From NCBI GenBank assembly GCA_016927815.1, contig JAFGLY010000114.1, forward strand, positions 20,329-84,328: DNA of 64,000 nucleotides, read 5' to 3'. The DNA comes from Deltaproteobacteria bacterium. Lineage in GTDB: Bacteria; Myxococcota_A; UBA796; JAFGLY01. The number at the start of each line of letters is the position of its first letter. Position 1 is the stretch's first letter. The position numbers and the translations under genes were made by a program. Positions 19,173-29,914 of this stretch are shown in pieces. A model generated the notes under the pieces. It had not been told where the DNA came from. It saw only the letters and a list, made by a program, of their open reading frames with translations, and searched no databases.

Positions 19173-20254
19173 GCCCCTCCCGCGTCACCCTCGTTCGTCT
19201 GGCCGGCGGCATCGTTGCGCTGGTGGCCCTCATCGCCCTCGCGCTCCTCATGCCGTTCCTGGGCGGAACCCGCCAGAAGGCGCTCGTGGAGGCGGCGCGT
19301 ACGTTCAGCCTCGTGGCCGTGGACACGGCGCAGTACACCTGGCACCTCCGGGACGGCTCCCCGGCCAAGGGCCGCGTGCTCCTCGACCAGCAGGTGATCC
19401 AGTTCGAGCGCGGCGACCTGGTGGAACTGCACCTGGATCCCTCCCTCACCACCGGGGACCGGGTGGTGGAGGGGCAGGTGCTGGCCGTGATCCGGTCGCC
19501 TCGCGACCAGTCCCGGCTGGATCAATTGAAGGGGCTCCGTGCGGACCTGGAGGCCCAGGTGGCCCTGCTCGGGGCCGGGTCCCGGCCCGAGGAGGTGACC
19601 CGGGTCGAGCGGGAGCTTCACGTCGCAGAGCGCCTTCGGGACAGCGATCAGGCGCTCCTGGACCGTGTCCGGATTCTGGCGGCCTCCGGGGCGGCCTCGG
19701 CCGAGGAACTGGAGGCCACCGAGCACCAGGTCCGCGTGCGGGACACCGAGGTGACCGTGGCCCGGGCCAGCGTGGCCGTGGCCCGCTCCAGTGCCCGGCC
19801 CGAGGAGATCGAGTCTTTGAGGGCGCAAATCGTAGCCTTGGACGCTGAGATCCTGGAGGTGGAGACCCGCCTTGCGGCCAGCGTGATCCGGAGCCCCATC
19901 TCCGGGATCCTGGAGCTTGGGGGCAGCGCGGCCGAGGTCCGCGTCTACACGATGGACCCCGCCTACCTGAGGATCCCCATTCCGGAGGCCGACCGGCACC
20001 GGGTGTCGGTGGGCGACCCCGTGGAGTACTCCACGCTGGCCGCGCCCGGCCACGTCTTCACCGGCACCGTGGTGGACCTCTCGGAGGATGCGTCCAACCT
20101 GAACGGCCTCCAGGTGTTCTGGGCCAGCGCCGAGGTGCCCAACCCGGATCTGCTGCTGCGCTCCGGCATGACCGGGGTGACCCACTTGCGCTTCGACGAC
20201 AACGGCCCGTTCTTCCTGCGCTTCTGGCAGGAGCTCCTGAGGTACGGCCTGTGA
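19169..20254 (+). CDS. HlyD-like membrane fusion / periplasmic adaptor protein
   Basis: N-terminal TM; GDRVVEGQVLA lipoyl half; long coiled coil with two RPEE repeats; IRSPISG; LRSGMTG. Confidence 0.85.
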   Translation: MSPSRVTLVRLAGGIVALVALIALALLMPFLGGTRQKALVEAARTFSLVAVDTAQYTWHLRDGSPAKGRVLLDQQVIQFERGDLVELHLDPSLTTGDRVVEGQVLAVIRSPRDQSRLDQLKGLRADLEAQVALLGAGSRPEEVTRVERELHVAERLRDSDQALLDRVRILAASGAASAEELEATEHQVRVRDTEVTVARASVAVARSSARPEEIESLRAQIVALDAEILEVETRLAASVIRSPISGILELGGSAAEVRVYTMDPAYLRIPIPEADRHRVSVGDPVEYSTLAAPGHVFTGTVVDLSEDASNLNGLQVFWASAEVPNPDLLLRSGMTGVTHLRFDDNGPFFLRFWQELLRYGL

Positions 20255-21090
20255 GCCGCCCCATAGACATCGGTCGGTACGAGCTGAAGTACGCCCTACC
20301 CCTGGCGATGCACGACGCCGTCCTGGATCTCGCCGGGCCCTCGCTCGAGCGGGATCCCTTCTCCATGGACCTCGGCGGCGGCATCCGGGGCTACGAGGTC
20401 CACAGCCTGTACCTCGACACGCCCCGGTTGGACGACTTCTACGAGCGGCTCGCGGAGGTCCGGGTCCGCAACCGCTGCCGGGTGCGCACCTACGGGCCCC
20501 GCCACGAGCGCTCCCAGCCGGTGTTCCTCGAGAACAAGCGGAAGCTCGAGAACTGGGTGATCAAGGCCCGCGTGCGCGTGCCCTGGAACGCCGAGACCTG
20601 GTGCGCGAGCCTTGAGCCCGAGCCCTGGGTGGAGGCCAGCCGCACCCTCACCGGGCGGAGCCGGTTCCTGGCCCGCCAGTTCGGGGATCTCACCGGCCAG
20701 GGCCGGCGGGTGCCCGTGTCCGTGGTCCACTACGAGCGCGAGATCTTCATGGCGCCCGATCCCGATGGCCGGAAGGTCCGCCTGACCCTGGACCGCCACG
20801 TGCGAGCCACCACCCGGGCCCTCCGTCCCGTCGGCCTCTACGACCCGCCGGATGCGGACCTGATCCCGCCCGACTGGATGGTCATGGAGCTCAAGTTCTC
20901 GGGCACCGAGCCTGCCTGGATGCGACGGATCGTCCGGACGCTGGGGCTGAGGGCCGTCCCGGTGTCCAAGTTCGGGCTCTCGGTAGCATGGGGCGTGGCG
21001 GGTCGTCGTCCCCACGAGGTGCGCACCCTGATGCCCCGGCCGATACGGCGCGACGCGGTCTCGAGGGCGAACCTGGAGCCGTTGCCATGA
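20251..21090 (+). CDS. VTC-domain (polyphosphate polymerase-like) protein
   Basis: Motifs RYELKY, SLYLDT, RVRTYG, FLENKRK, YERE, RLTLD, MELKF, SKF. Confidence 0.9.
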   Translation: MSRPIDIGRYELKYALPLAMHDAVLDLAGPSLERDPFSMDLGGGIRGYEVHSLYLDTPRLDDFYERLAEVRVRNRCRVRTYGPRHERSQPVFLENKRKLENWVIKARVRVPWNAETWCASLEPEPWVEASRTLTGRSRFLARQFGDLTGQGRRVPVSVVHYEREIFMAPDPDGRKVRLTLDRHVRATTRALRPVGLYDPPDADLIPPDWMVMELKFSGTEPAWMRRIVRTLGLRAVPVSKFGLSVAWGVAGRRPHEVRTLMPRPIRRDAVSRANLEPLP

Positions 21091-21794
21091 ACACGTCCCG
21101 GGTCCTGAGCGATCTCGAGTTGGCCTTCGGACAGGCACTCAACCTTGGATTTTCCGAGATCTTTCAGGGACTTCTCCTGGCCCTGGTGCTCGGGGTGGGG
21201 GTGGCCGCGCTCTACCGGGTGAGCGTCCCGGGCCGCGTCCTCTCGCCCGCCATGAGCGGATCCATGGTGCTGCTGTCCATCATCGCCTCCATGGTGATGA
21301 TGGTGATCGGGAACAACATCGCCCGGGCCTTCTCCCTGGTGGGCGCGCTCGCCATCATCCGCTTCCGGACGCGCCTGAGGAGCCCCTGGGACATCACGTT
21401 CGTCTTCCTCTCCCTCTCGGTGGGCATCGCGTGCGGGGTGTTCGCCTTCCGCGTGGCCGTGATGGGCACGGCGGTGATCGCGCTCACGGTCCTCGTGATG
21501 CAGGCCCACTCCACGCTGCGCCAGCGGAACGGCATCCAGCTGCTGCGGTGCGATCTCGCGGCGTACGAGGCCCGGGAGGAGGCCATCGCGGGCGTGCTCG
21601 ACGCCCACCTGAAGCAGCGCTGGCTGGTCGAGGCTCGCTCGCTACGGTTCGGCGAGACCCTCTCCTACCGATACCGCGTGGTGCTCAAGGAGCCCAACGG
21701 CACCGAGGCTTTGCTGCAGGCGCTTTCCGCCGTCGAGGGCGTGGAACGGGTCGTGGTCTACCAGGACGCCGACCACACGAGCGAGATGGAGTGA
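21087..21794 (+). CDS. DUF4956 family membrane protein
   Basis: VIGNNIARAFSLVGALAIIRFRT motif; ATGA overlap with the VTC gene. Confidence 0.9.
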   Translation: MNTSRVLSDLELAFGQALNLGFSEIFQGLLLALVLGVGVAALYRVSVPGRVLSPAMSGSMVLLSIIASMVMMVIGNNIARAFSLVGALAIIRFRTRLRSPWDITFVFLSLSVGIACGVFAFRVAVMGTAVIALTVLVMQAHSTLRQRNGIQLLRCDLAAYEAREEAIAGVLDAHLKQRWLVEARSLRFGETLSYRYRVVLKEPNGTEALLQALSAVEGVERVVVYQDADHTSEME

Positions 21795-21840
21795 CCCTCC
21801 GGCTTCCCTCCCACGGCCGGGTGGTGTACGCTTCGCCCGC

Positions 21841-22434
21841 ATGCCTCCGTTCCAGTCCGTCTGTCTCGACGACTTCCCGAGCCCCGGCGATCCGCGTGCC
21901 CCGGCCGACACGCACCGCAGGGCGGCCTTCTACGGGTCCATCGCGTGTGCCGCCACCGCCTGGCCGTTCGCAGGCACCCTCTGGCGTACCGCCCTGCCCT
22001 GCCGCCGGCGGCCGCACGGCCAGGCCTGCACGGGACGCCTCGTGGTGGTCCGCTCCGAGGTGCCGCCAGAGATACGCTGGAGCTGCCCGGCCTGCGGGGA
22101 CGGGGGCGTGATCCGAGCCTTCGAGCACTCTCCCTGGGATCTGGGCGTGGTGGAGATTCCGGCCGACCGCGATCCGGCTCGCTTGGACGTACCCCTCGCG
22201 CCCCTCGATCTCGCGGTGCTCCGAGCCATCGACCGTCTCGAGCGGCCCGAGCGACGGACCGTGATGACAGCCCTCGACCGCGGGTCCGAGGTCGTCCTGT
22301 GGGGGCCGCCCGAGGCCCTCTGGCGCCTGCTCGAGGCGGTCCGGGCCGAGGCCCGGCTCGCAGGCCGTCGGCGCCGCCTCGCGCTGGAGCGCGTGGCCGC
22401 GGCCATCGAGGCCGCCCTGCTGCGGGTGGCCTGA
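21841..22434 (+). CDS. Hypothetical protein with putative zinc ribbon
   Basis: CRRRPHGQAC...WSCPACGDGG gives four Cys. Confidence 0.6.
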   Translation: MPPFQSVCLDDFPSPGDPRAPADTHRRAAFYGSIACAATAWPFAGTLWRTALPCRRRPHGQACTGRLVVVRSEVPPEIRWSCPACGDGGVIRAFEHSPWDLGVVEIPADRDPARLDVPLAPLDLAVLRAIDRLERPERRTVMTALDRGSEVVLWGPPEALWRLLEAVRAEARLAGRRRRLALERVAAAIEAALLRVA

Positions 22435-22438
22435 CCGC

Positions 22439-24451
22439 CTACAGCGCTCCGGCCACCTCGAGGGCCCAGGCCTCGAGCGCCCGGATGCGGTCTCGCAGGA
22501 CCGCGGCCCGCTCGAATTCCAGGCGGCGGGCGGCGGCCTGCATCTCCTCGCGCAGGTGCCGGATCGTGGCCGGCAGGCGGTCGAGCGAGAGCTCGTGGAC
22601 CTCCTCGGGGACCTCCTCGGGGGTCCGGGGTGGCGTGAGGTAGTCGGCCCCGAGCAGGTGGGCGAGGGGGCTGTCCAGCGACTTCACCACGGTCTCGGGG
22701 GTGATGGCGTGCGCAGCGTTGTACGCAGCCTGCTTGGCCCGCCGGCGGTTGGTCTCGTCCAGGGCCGCCCGCATCGCCGGCGTGACCTGGTCTCCGTAGA
22801 GCAGGCAGCGGCCGTTCACGTTCCGGGCTGCACGTCCGATGACCTGGACGAGGCTCGTCGCGCTGCGCAGGAATCCCTCCTTGTCGGCGTCGAGCACGGC
22901 CACGAGCGAGACCTCGGGCAGGTCCAGGCCCTCACGGAGCAGGTTGATGCCGATGAGCACGTCGAACTCGCCCTTCCGGAGGTCCCGAAGGATCTCCATG
23001 CGCTCGAGCGTCTCGACGTCCGAGTGGAGATATCGCGCTCGAACACCGATTTCTGAGTAGTAGTCGGTCAACTCCTGGGCCAGGCGCTTGGTGAGCACGG
23101 TCACGAGCACCCGCTCGCCTTTGGCCGTGACCCTCCGGATCTCGCCGAGGAGGTCGTCCACCTGGTCTGTAGCGGGCCGCACCTCCACCTCCGGATCCAG
23201 GAGGCCGGTGGGCCGGATGACCTGCTCCGCGAACTCGCCTTGGGCGCGCTCGAGTTCCAGGCTGCCCGGGGTGGCGGACACGAAGATGACCCGGTGGATC
23301 CGATCCTCGAACTCGTCGAAGGTGAGGGGCCGGTTGTCGCGGGCCGACGGCAGGCGGAACCCGAAGGACACCAGCGTGTCCTTGCGCGCGCGATCGCCCC
23401 GGGCCATGCCCTGGACCTGGGGCAACGTGACGTGAGACTCGTCCACCACGAGCAGGAAGTCCTTGGGAAAGTAGTCGAGGAGCGTGGGCGGAGGCTCGCC
23501 CGCCTCGCGACCCGCGAGGTGGCGGCTGTAGTTCTCGATGCCCGTGCAGTACCCCAGGCCATCGAGCATCTCGAGGTCGTAGCGCGTACGCTGCTCGAGT
23601 CGCGCCGCCTCGAGAATTCGGCCCTGGTGTCTCACCTCCGCCAGGCGCTCCTCCAGCTCGGTGCGGATCCGGTCCATGGCGCGCTCCAGATCCTCTCGGG
23701 GCGTCACCCAGTGGGAGGCCGGATAGACCGCGACGCGGTCGAGATCCTCGAGGCGGGTGCCGCGCAGCGGATCCACCCACGCGATCGCCTCCACCCGGTC
23801 CCCGAAGAGCGACACGCGCACGGCCCTGTCCGACTCGCTGGCGGGGAACACCTCCACCACGTCGCCGCGGACGCGGAAGGTTCCACGGTGGAAGTCGATG
23901 TCGTTGCGCTCGTACTGGATGTCCACCAGACGCCTCAGCACGGCCTCGCGGGACACGGTCTGGCCGACCGAGAGGCGCAGCATCATGCGGTCGTAGGATT
24001 CCGGTGAGCCGATGCCGTAGATGCAGGAAACCGAGGCCACGATGATCACGTCCCGTCGCTCGAGCAGTGCGCGGGTGGCGGCGTGCCGGAGCTTGTCGAT
24101 CCGCTCGTTGACCGAGGAGTCCTTCTCGATGTAGGTGTCGGACGCCGGGATGTAGGCCTCGGGCTGGTAGTAGTCGTAGTAGGAGACGAAGTACTCGACG
24201 GCGTTGTCCGGGAAGAGGCGGCGGAACTCGCCGTAGAGCTGGGCGGCGAGCGTCTTGTTGTGGGCGAGCACCAGCGCGGGGCGGCCCACCCGTGCGATCA
24301 CGTGGGCGATCGTGAACGTCTTGCCGGTCCCGGTGGCGCCGAGCAGAACCTGGGCGCGACGGCCCTCCTCCATCCCTCGGACGAGGGTCTCGATGGCCTC
24401 CGGCTGGTCGCCGCAGGGGAGGAATTCGCTGGACAGACGGAACCCGGCCAT
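22439..24451 (-). CDS. uvrB: Excinuclease ABC subunit B
   Basis: Motifs [53 protein letters not shown]-terminal UVR domain. Start re-called at MAGFRL. Confidence 0.98.
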   Translation of the reverse strand: MAGFRLSSEFLPCGDQPEAIETLVRGMEEGRRAQVLLGATGTGKTFTIAHVIARVGRPALVLAHNKTLAAQLYGEFRRLFPDNAVEYFVSYYDYYQPEAYIPASDTYIEKDSSVNERIDKLRHAATRALLERRDVIIVASVSCIYGIGSPESYDRMMLRLSVGQTVSREAVLRRLVDIQYERNDIDFHRGTFRVRGDVVEVFPASESDRAVRVSLFGDRVEAIAWVDPLRGTRLEDLDRVAVYPASHWVTPREDLERAMDRIRTELEERLAEVRHQGRILEAARLEQRTRYDLEMLDGLGYCTGIENYSRHLAGREAGEPPPTLLDYFPKDFLLVVDESHVTLPQVQGMARGDRARKDTLVSFGFRLPSARDNRPLTFDEFEDRIHRVIFVSATPGSLELERAQGEFAEQVIRPTGLLDPEVEVRPATDQVDDLLGEIRRVTAKGERVLVTVLTKRLAQELTDYYSEIGVRARYLHSDVETLERMEILRDLRKGEFDVLIGINLLREGLDLPEVSLVAVLDADKEGFLRSATSLVQVIGRAARNVNGRCLLYGDQVTPAMRAALDETNRRRAKQAAYNAAHAITPETVVKSLDSPLAHLLGADYLTPPRTPEEVPEEVHELSLDRLPATIRHLREEMQAAARRLEFERAAVLRDRIRALEAWALEVAGAL

Positions 24452-24654
24452 GCAGCCTCCCGGGGCCCGCATCCTACCCCGCACGACCCCGGGATGGGAC
24501 GGCGGGTCCCATGGGTTGCCTTCTTCCTGCCGGCCGGGCGGGGCCGGGGGATGCACCCACCCCGCACCCGCCTGGCCGGCGATGGGCCCCGACCGCGAGG
24601 TCCGGCCGGGGCACACCTGGAGAGCAGGTCCTTCCTGTGTTAGGTCGGACCTCG

Positions 24655-26622
24655 ATGACGCGGAGGCTTCCGGGAAGACGGGGCGACCACGGCCCACGCC
24701 GTGCGTCGACCCGCACGAGGGCGACGAGGACGAGAGGCCTCCTGACGAGCCTCGCCCGGGGGTTCGACATCGGCGTGGCCGGGAAGTGGCTGATCCTGGG
24801 ATCGCTCGTCGGTGTGGTGGCAGGTCTGGGCGCCATCGCCTTCCAGGCCCTGTTGCAGATCGCGTCGGGTGCGCTCCTGGAGAACCTGGCCGGCCTGGGC
24901 CTGGGCCGACCGGGGGGCGAACCGCCCGTCGTCGCCTTCACGACCGGCCCCTTCCGGCCCTGGCTCGTGGTGCTGCTGCCCGCCCTGGGCGGCCTGGTCT
25001 CCGGCCTGATCGTCCGCTGGTTCGCCCCGGAGGCGGGCGGCCACGGAACGGATGCCGCCATCCGGGCCTACCACCACGAGCTCGGCCGCATCCACTGGCG
25101 GGTTCCGCTCGTGAAGCTCGTGGCGTCGGTCCTCACGCTGGGCAGCGGCGGATCCGGAGGCCGGGAGGGTCCCATCGCGCAGATCGGGGCCGGCTTCGGG
25201 AGCTTCGTGGCGACTCGCCTCGGGTTGAGCACCCGGACCCGGCGCTGGCTGCTCGCGGCAGGCATCGGTGCGGGCGTGGGCAGCATCTTCCGTGCCCCCC
25301 TGGCAGGCGCCGTGTTTGCCGCAGAGGTGCTCTACGCCTCCACGGAGGTGGAGACCGAGGTCCTCCTCCCTGCGACCGTGGCCTCCATCGTGGCGTACTC
25401 GGTCTTCGCCGCCCGCTTCGGGTGGGGGCACATGTTCACGGGTGTGGGCGACTACGACTTCTCGCGCCCCATCGAACTCGTGCCCTACCTCGTCTTGGCG
25501 TTGATCGTTGCCGCCGCCGCCTGGGTCTTCGTCCGCACCTTCTACGGGGTGCGCAACCGGGTGGCTCGGCTGCGTCTGGCGCAACCCCTCAAGACCACGC
25601 TCGGGGGTCTCGCCACCGGCCTGGTGGCCCTCGGGCTCTACTACGCCATGGGCCGCGATGCGGGCGTGTTCGACGTGCTGTCGGCCGGCTACGGCATCGT
25701 CCAGGAAACCCTGGAGAGCGACGGCACCTCGGTGGGCCTCGCCCTCCTGCTGGTCGTGGCGGCGGGCAAGATCGTGACCACGACCTTCTCCATCGGGTCC
25801 GGGGGAAGCGCGGGCGTCTTCGGGCCCTCCATGGTCATCGGCGCCACCCTCGGCGCTGCGGTCGGGAAGGTCTTCCACGGGATCGCGCCCGACATGGTGC
25901 CGCACGTCGCGCCCTTCGCGATCGTCGGAATGGCGGGCTTTTTCGCTGCGGCGGCCAATACGCCCATCTCCACGGTCATCATGGTGAGCGAACTGACCGG
26001 CAACTACAAGCTGCTCGTGCCCGCGATGTGGGTGTGCGCGCTCGCCTTCCTCGCGGGTGGACGCTGGAGCATCTTCCACAACCAGGTCCAGAGCCGGGTG
26101 GCCTCGCCCGTCCACTTCGGCGAGCAGGCCCGCCACATGTTCAGCACGACGACCGTCGGGGAGATCGTGAAGAAGGACCGTCGATTCGCCCTCCTGACAC
26201 CGAGCATGACGCTGGGCGAAGCCCTCGCCGCCACGGGTGGGACCCGCCAGCGGCTCTTCCCCGTGGTAGAAGGGTCCCGCTTGGTGGGAACCTTCCACCA
26301 GGACGATCTGCTGGGTGCGCTCCAGGATTCCCGACCGGGCGCCGCTCCGCTCCGGGTGTCGGACCTCGTCGCCCCCAGACCGCCGATCGTACGGTTCCAC
26401 GACAGCGTGTCCGTGGCCCAGCGCCTGCTCCGGACCCATCACGTGGACGAGATCCTCGTGGTGGACGCCCACAGAACGCCGGTCGGGATCCTCACGAACG
26501 CCGACATCCTCCTCGCGTTCACGCGCACGCTCTCCCAGCGGCAGGCCACCGAGGGGGAGGTCTTCCCGGACACGGGCACCGAGACGGAGGACACGCGAGA
26601 CGGCGCGGAGCCCCGGACGTGA
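24655..26622 (+). CDS. ClC family chloride channel/antiporter with CBS pair
   Basis: Motifs [36 protein letters not shown]; C-terminal CBS-like domains. Start uncertain. Confidence 0.9.
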   Translation: MTRRLPGRRGDHGPRRASTRTRATRTRGLLTSLARGFDIGVAGKWLILGSLVGVVAGLGAIAFQALLQIASGALLENLAGLGLGRPGGEPPVVAFTTGPFRPWLVVLLPALGGLVSGLIVRWFAPEAGGHGTDAAIRAYHHELGRIHWRVPLVKLVASVLTLGSGGSGGREGPIAQIGAGFGSFVATRLGLSTRTRRWLLAAGIGAGVGSIFRAPLAGAVFAAEVLYASTEVETEVLLPATVASIVAYSVFAARFGWGHMFTGVGDYDFSRPIELVPYLVLALIVAAAAWVFVRTFYGVRNRVARLRLAQPLKTTLGGLATGLVALGLYYAMGRDAGVFDVLSAGYGIVQETLESDGTSVGLALLLVVAAGKIVTTTFSIGSGGSAGVFGPSMVIGATLGAAVGKVFHGIAPDMVPHVAPFAIVGMAGFFAAAANTPISTVIMVSELTGNYKLLVPAMWVCALAFLAGGRWSIFHNQVQSRVASPVHFGEQARHMFSTTTVGEIVKKDRRFALLTPSMTLGEALAATGGTRQRLFPVVEGSRLVGTFHQDDLLGALQDSRPGAAPLRVSDLVAPRPPIVRFHDSVSVAQRLLRTHHVDEILVVDAHRTPVGILTNADILLAFTRTLSQRQATEGEVFPDTGTETEDTRDGAEPRT

Positions 26623-27428
26623 CGCACCTGCCCGCCCCGCCGGATCCGGACGCCCTGGATCCGTTCTTCGCCCGCCTGTCTCAGGCGCTGTGCGCACTGC
26701 TCCTCCTGGACTACGACGGCACGCTTGCGCCCTTTCGCCTGGACCGCACCCGGGCCACGCCCTGGCCCGGCGTCCGCGAGGCCCTGGCTGCGATCCAGGC
26801 GACCGGCCGGACCCGCCTGGTCCTGGTGTCCGGCCGGCCGGTGGGAGAGGTCGCGGATCTCCTAGGCCTGGACCCCGCTCCCGAGATCTGGGGCGTCCAC
26901 GGGCTCGAGCGCCGCACCCCGGACGGCAGGGTCCGGAGGGAGCCCCTGCCGCCTCGCGCCGAGGTGGGGCTCGAACAGGCGGCGGCATGGGCGGCCTCCA
27001 TGGGGCTCGGGCCTCGGACCGAGCGCAAGCACGGGGCCCTCGCGATCCACCTTCGCGGAATGTCGGACGCCGACGCCCTCCGTTTCTCCCGTGCCGCCCG
27101 AGCCGCCCTTGCGCCCATCGCCGACCGCCACGGTCTCGCGGTCCTGTCGTTCGTCGCCGGGGTCGAACTGCGTGTGCCCTCTGCCAGGAAGGCCCGGGCC
27201 GTGACCACGTTGCTCTCGGAGATGCCCGACGATACGGTCGTCGCCTGCCTCGGTGACGACGCGACCGACGAGGACGCGTTCGAGGCGCTCCACGGGCGGG
27301 GCGAGACGTTTCTGGTGCGTGTCTCTCCGCGTCCCAGCCATGCGCGATGGCTGCTCCCTCCTCCCGAGGGGGTCCTCGCGTTCCTCGCCCGCTGGGCCGC
27401 CTCGCGGCCCTCACGGAAGGCTCCATGA
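26619..27428 (+). CDS. otsB: Trehalose-6-phosphate phosphatase
   Basis: HAD motifs LLDYDGTLAP, VSGR, HGLE, GDDATDEDAF. GTG start overlaps the ClC stop. Confidence 0.9.
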   Translation: MTHLPAPPDPDALDPFFARLSQALCALLLLDYDGTLAPFRLDRTRATPWPGVREALAAIQATGRTRLVLVSGRPVGEVADLLGLDPAPEIWGVHGLERRTPDGRVRREPLPPRAEVGLEQAAAWAASMGLGPRTERKHGALAIHLRGMSDADALRFSRAARAALAPIADRHGLAVLSFVAGVELRVPSARKARAVTTLLSEMPDDTVVACLGDDATDEDAFEALHGRGETFLVRVSPRPSHARWLLPPPEGVLAFLARWAASRPSRKAP

Positions 27429-28915
27429 GTACCGCGCACCGCCTCGTCCTCGTTTCGAACCGCCTCCCGATCGTGATCGAGAAGCGGGAGCACCAGTGGC
27501 AGGTGAGCCCCGCGGCCGGAGGACTGGTCACGGCGCTCGCCCCCATGCTCACCCAACGGGGGGGGCTGTGGATCGGGTGGCCCGGCGTGGAGGCAGAGCC
27601 CGGGGTCGACTGGGCGTCGCTGCTCGTCGAGGGGGGCAGGGCGGCCGGGTACGAACTGCTCCCGGTCTGGATTTCTCCCACCGACCTGGACGGCTTCTAC
27701 CTCGGCTTCACCAACTCCCTCTTGTGGCCCCTCTTCCACACCATGCCCGAACGGTGCCAGTTCGATCCCGAGGCCTGGAGCACCTACCGGCGGGTGAACG
27801 ACCAGTTCGCAGAGGCCGTGGCCTCACAGGTGCGCCCTGGGGACTTCGTCTGGATCCAGGACTACCACCTCATCCACGTCGGGGAGCGGCTCCGCGAGTT
27901 GGTACCGGGCGTCCGGGTCTCGTTCTTCCTCCACATTCCCTTTCCGCCCCTCGACCTGTTCCTCAAGGTTCCCTGGCGCATGGATCTCCTGCGCGCCCTG
28001 CTCGCCTACGATCTGGTGGGCTTCCAGACCCAGAGGGACATGCGCCACTTCCTCTTCGGGTTGAACCGCATCCACCCGGGTCTCCAGACCTCGGGCCGGG
28101 GATCTCTCGTCCAGGTCCACATCGAGGGGCGTTCCCTGCGCGTCGGAGCCTTCCCCATCGGGATCGACTACCGGGACTACCGCTCCAAGGCGCAGTCGAG
28201 CAGGATCCGCTCCTTGCGGGACCATCTGGCTGCCTCGGTCGACCATCGCCAGGTCGTCCTGGGCGTGGATCGCCTCGACTACACCAAGGGGGTCCCAGAG
28301 AAGCTGCTCGCCTACGAGTCTCTCCTGGAGCGGTACCCCGAGCACCGCGAGAAGGTCGTGCTCCTCCAGGTGCTGGTCCCCAGCCGGGCAGGGGTGTCGC
28401 ACTACCAGGCGCTCAAGGATCGCATCGATCGTCTGGTGGGTGCTGTCAACGGCCGCTTCGGAACGACTGGCTGGACGCCCGTCCGGTACCTGTACCGAGC
28501 CGTCTCTCGCGAGGAGCTGGTGGCGCTCTACCGCCTTGCCCAGGTCTGCTTCGTCAACCCCCTGAAGGACGGGATGAACCTCGTCGCCAAGGAGTACTGC
28601 GCGTGCCAGGTCGACCGGGCGCGGGGCGTACTCGTCCTGAGCGAGTTCGCGGGCGCCTCGGGCCAGCTCCAGCGGGGTGCGCTGCTCGTCAACCCCTACG
28701 ACACCGAGAGCGTGGGCGACGCCCTCCACGAGGCGCTCACCATGCCTCCCGAGGCGCGCAGGGCCCGCATGGCCCGCCTCCAGGAGGTAATCCGCCGCCA
28801 GGACGTCTTCTGGTGGGCCGAGGAGGTGCTGAGGGCTTCGGGCACGGCCGAGCCCCCGGACGTCCCCGCGAGGGAGGAGTACATGCCTCGGTTCAGTATG
28901 GAAATAGACGATTAA
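27425..28915 (+). CDS. otsA: Trehalose-6-phosphate synthase (GT20)
   Basis: Motifs VSNRLP, GGLVTAL, LWPLFH, WIQDYHL, FLHIPFP, VDRLDYTKG, DGMNLVAKEY, LSEFAGA. Confidence 0.95.
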   Translation: MSTAHRLVLVSNRLPIVIEKREHQWQVSPAAGGLVTALAPMLTQRGGLWIGWPGVEAEPGVDWASLLVEGGRAAGYELLPVWISPTDLDGFYLGFTNSLLWPLFHTMPERCQFDPEAWSTYRRVNDQFAEAVASQVRPGDFVWIQDYHLIHVGERLRELVPGVRVSFFLHIPFPPLDLFLKVPWRMDLLRALLAYDLVGFQTQRDMRHFLFGLNRIHPGLQTSGRGSLVQVHIEGRSLRVGAFPIGIDYRDYRSKAQSSRIRSLRDHLAASVDHRQVVLGVDRLDYTKGVPEKLLAYESLLERYPEHREKVVLLQVLVPSRAGVSHYQALKDRIDRLVGAVNGRFGTTGWTPVRYLYRAVSREELVALYRLAQVCFVNPLKDGMNLVAKEYCACQVDRARGVLVLSEFAGASGQLQRGALLVNPYDTESVGDALHEALTMPPEARRARMARLQEVIRRQDVFWWAEEVLRASGTAEPPDVPAREEYMPRFSMEIDD

Positions 28916-28926
28916 TACGTCTTTTT
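28906..28926 (+). terminator. Weak candidate intrinsic terminator overlapping the otsA stop
   Basis: AGACG-ATTAATA-CGTCT followed by TTTT; only a 5-bp stem. Confidence 0.3.
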
Positions 28927-29068
28927 CCCGAATACGTCGCCGAACCCCGAGATCCGGGCGCCTGCAGACGGGGGGATGGAACGGCGGCCGGGCTGGGTCT
29001 TGGAAGCGTCACCGGGGTAGAAGGGGCCTGCATCGGTCCCCGGATCCCGGGAAACGCGAGGTCCCCCT

Positions 29069-29914
29069 TTGAAGACCGGTCTTGGCTCCCGACTCTTCGC
29101 AACCCTCGGAGCGCGTCTCGGTTCCCGTGGCCTGTTGGCCCTGGGGCTGGTCGTGGCCCTGCTGCCCGTGCCGGTGGGGTTCGGACCCTGGTCGCCCTTC
29201 GCCCTGGACCGGGTCCATTCCCGCCTGGCCGCAGGGGATGTCCGTGGTGCCGCCGAGGTCTGCGAGCGCGTGACCCGCTTCGGTTCCACGCCGGGGATCC
29301 GGCGTCGCGCACGCTACGAGCTGGCGCTGTTGCAGGCCACGAACCTGGGTCGTCCCCAGGAGGCGCTCGACACGCTCCATTCCCTTTTGGGGCACCTGCC
29401 GCCCGGCCATCCCCTCGAGTCCGACGCGCTGAAGCTGCTGGCCGAGACCTTGCCACGGGCTACGGATCGCCAGGATCTCGCAGCGCAGAGCTGGGAAATG
29501 GCCGCCCGGCGCGTGGCGGATCCGGATCGCCGGGACCCCCTGCTGCTGGCAGCCGCGAATGCCTGGGAGGATGCGGGCGAAGCATCGCGCGCCCGGCTCG
29601 TCCGGGGGCGGGTGGCCACCGGAGGGGGTACGGCCGAGGCACGAGCCTGGCTGGCCATCGGCCGGACGTGGCTCGGCGACGGGCAGCCGGCACGGGCCTA
29701 CGAGGCCTATCGCCAGGGCCTCGACCGGTCCGCCTCCGACGCGGACGCCCGCATGGCGCGGCTCGGGATGGCCCTGGCCCTGGACGAACTCGGCAGCGCG
29801 GACGAGGCGGCGGCCGAGTTGGAGGTGGCCCAGCAGGAGGAGGGCCTGGATGCGGCCCTGGAGGTGACCCGGAAGCGGGTGATGCGCCGGGCGGGGATCG
29901 GGGAGGGGCCGTGA
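29069..29914 (+). CDS. Membrane-anchored TPR-like protein
   Basis: N-terminal hydrophobic segment followed by Ala-rich helical repeats (ARAWLAIGRTW...RAYEAYRQGL). Confidence 0.7.
   Translation: MKTGLGSRLFATLGARLGSRGLLALGLVVALLPVPVGFGPWSPFALDRVHSRLAAGDVRGAAEVCERVTRFGSTPGIRRRARYELALLQATNLGRPQEALDTLHSLLGHLPPGHPLESDALKLLAETLPRATDRQDLAAQSWEMAARRVADPDRRDPLLLAAANAWEDAGEASRARLVRGRVATGGGTAEARAWLAIGRTWLGDGQPARAYEAYRQGLDRSASDADARMARLGMALALDELGSADEAAAELEVAQQEEGLDAALEVTRKRVMRRAGIGEGP

Noticed and set aside
28916-29068. Intergenic region with repeated AATACGTC considered as a riboswitch or ncRNA
   Set aside because: No recognisable RNA family motif; only a weak hairpin at the otsA stop.
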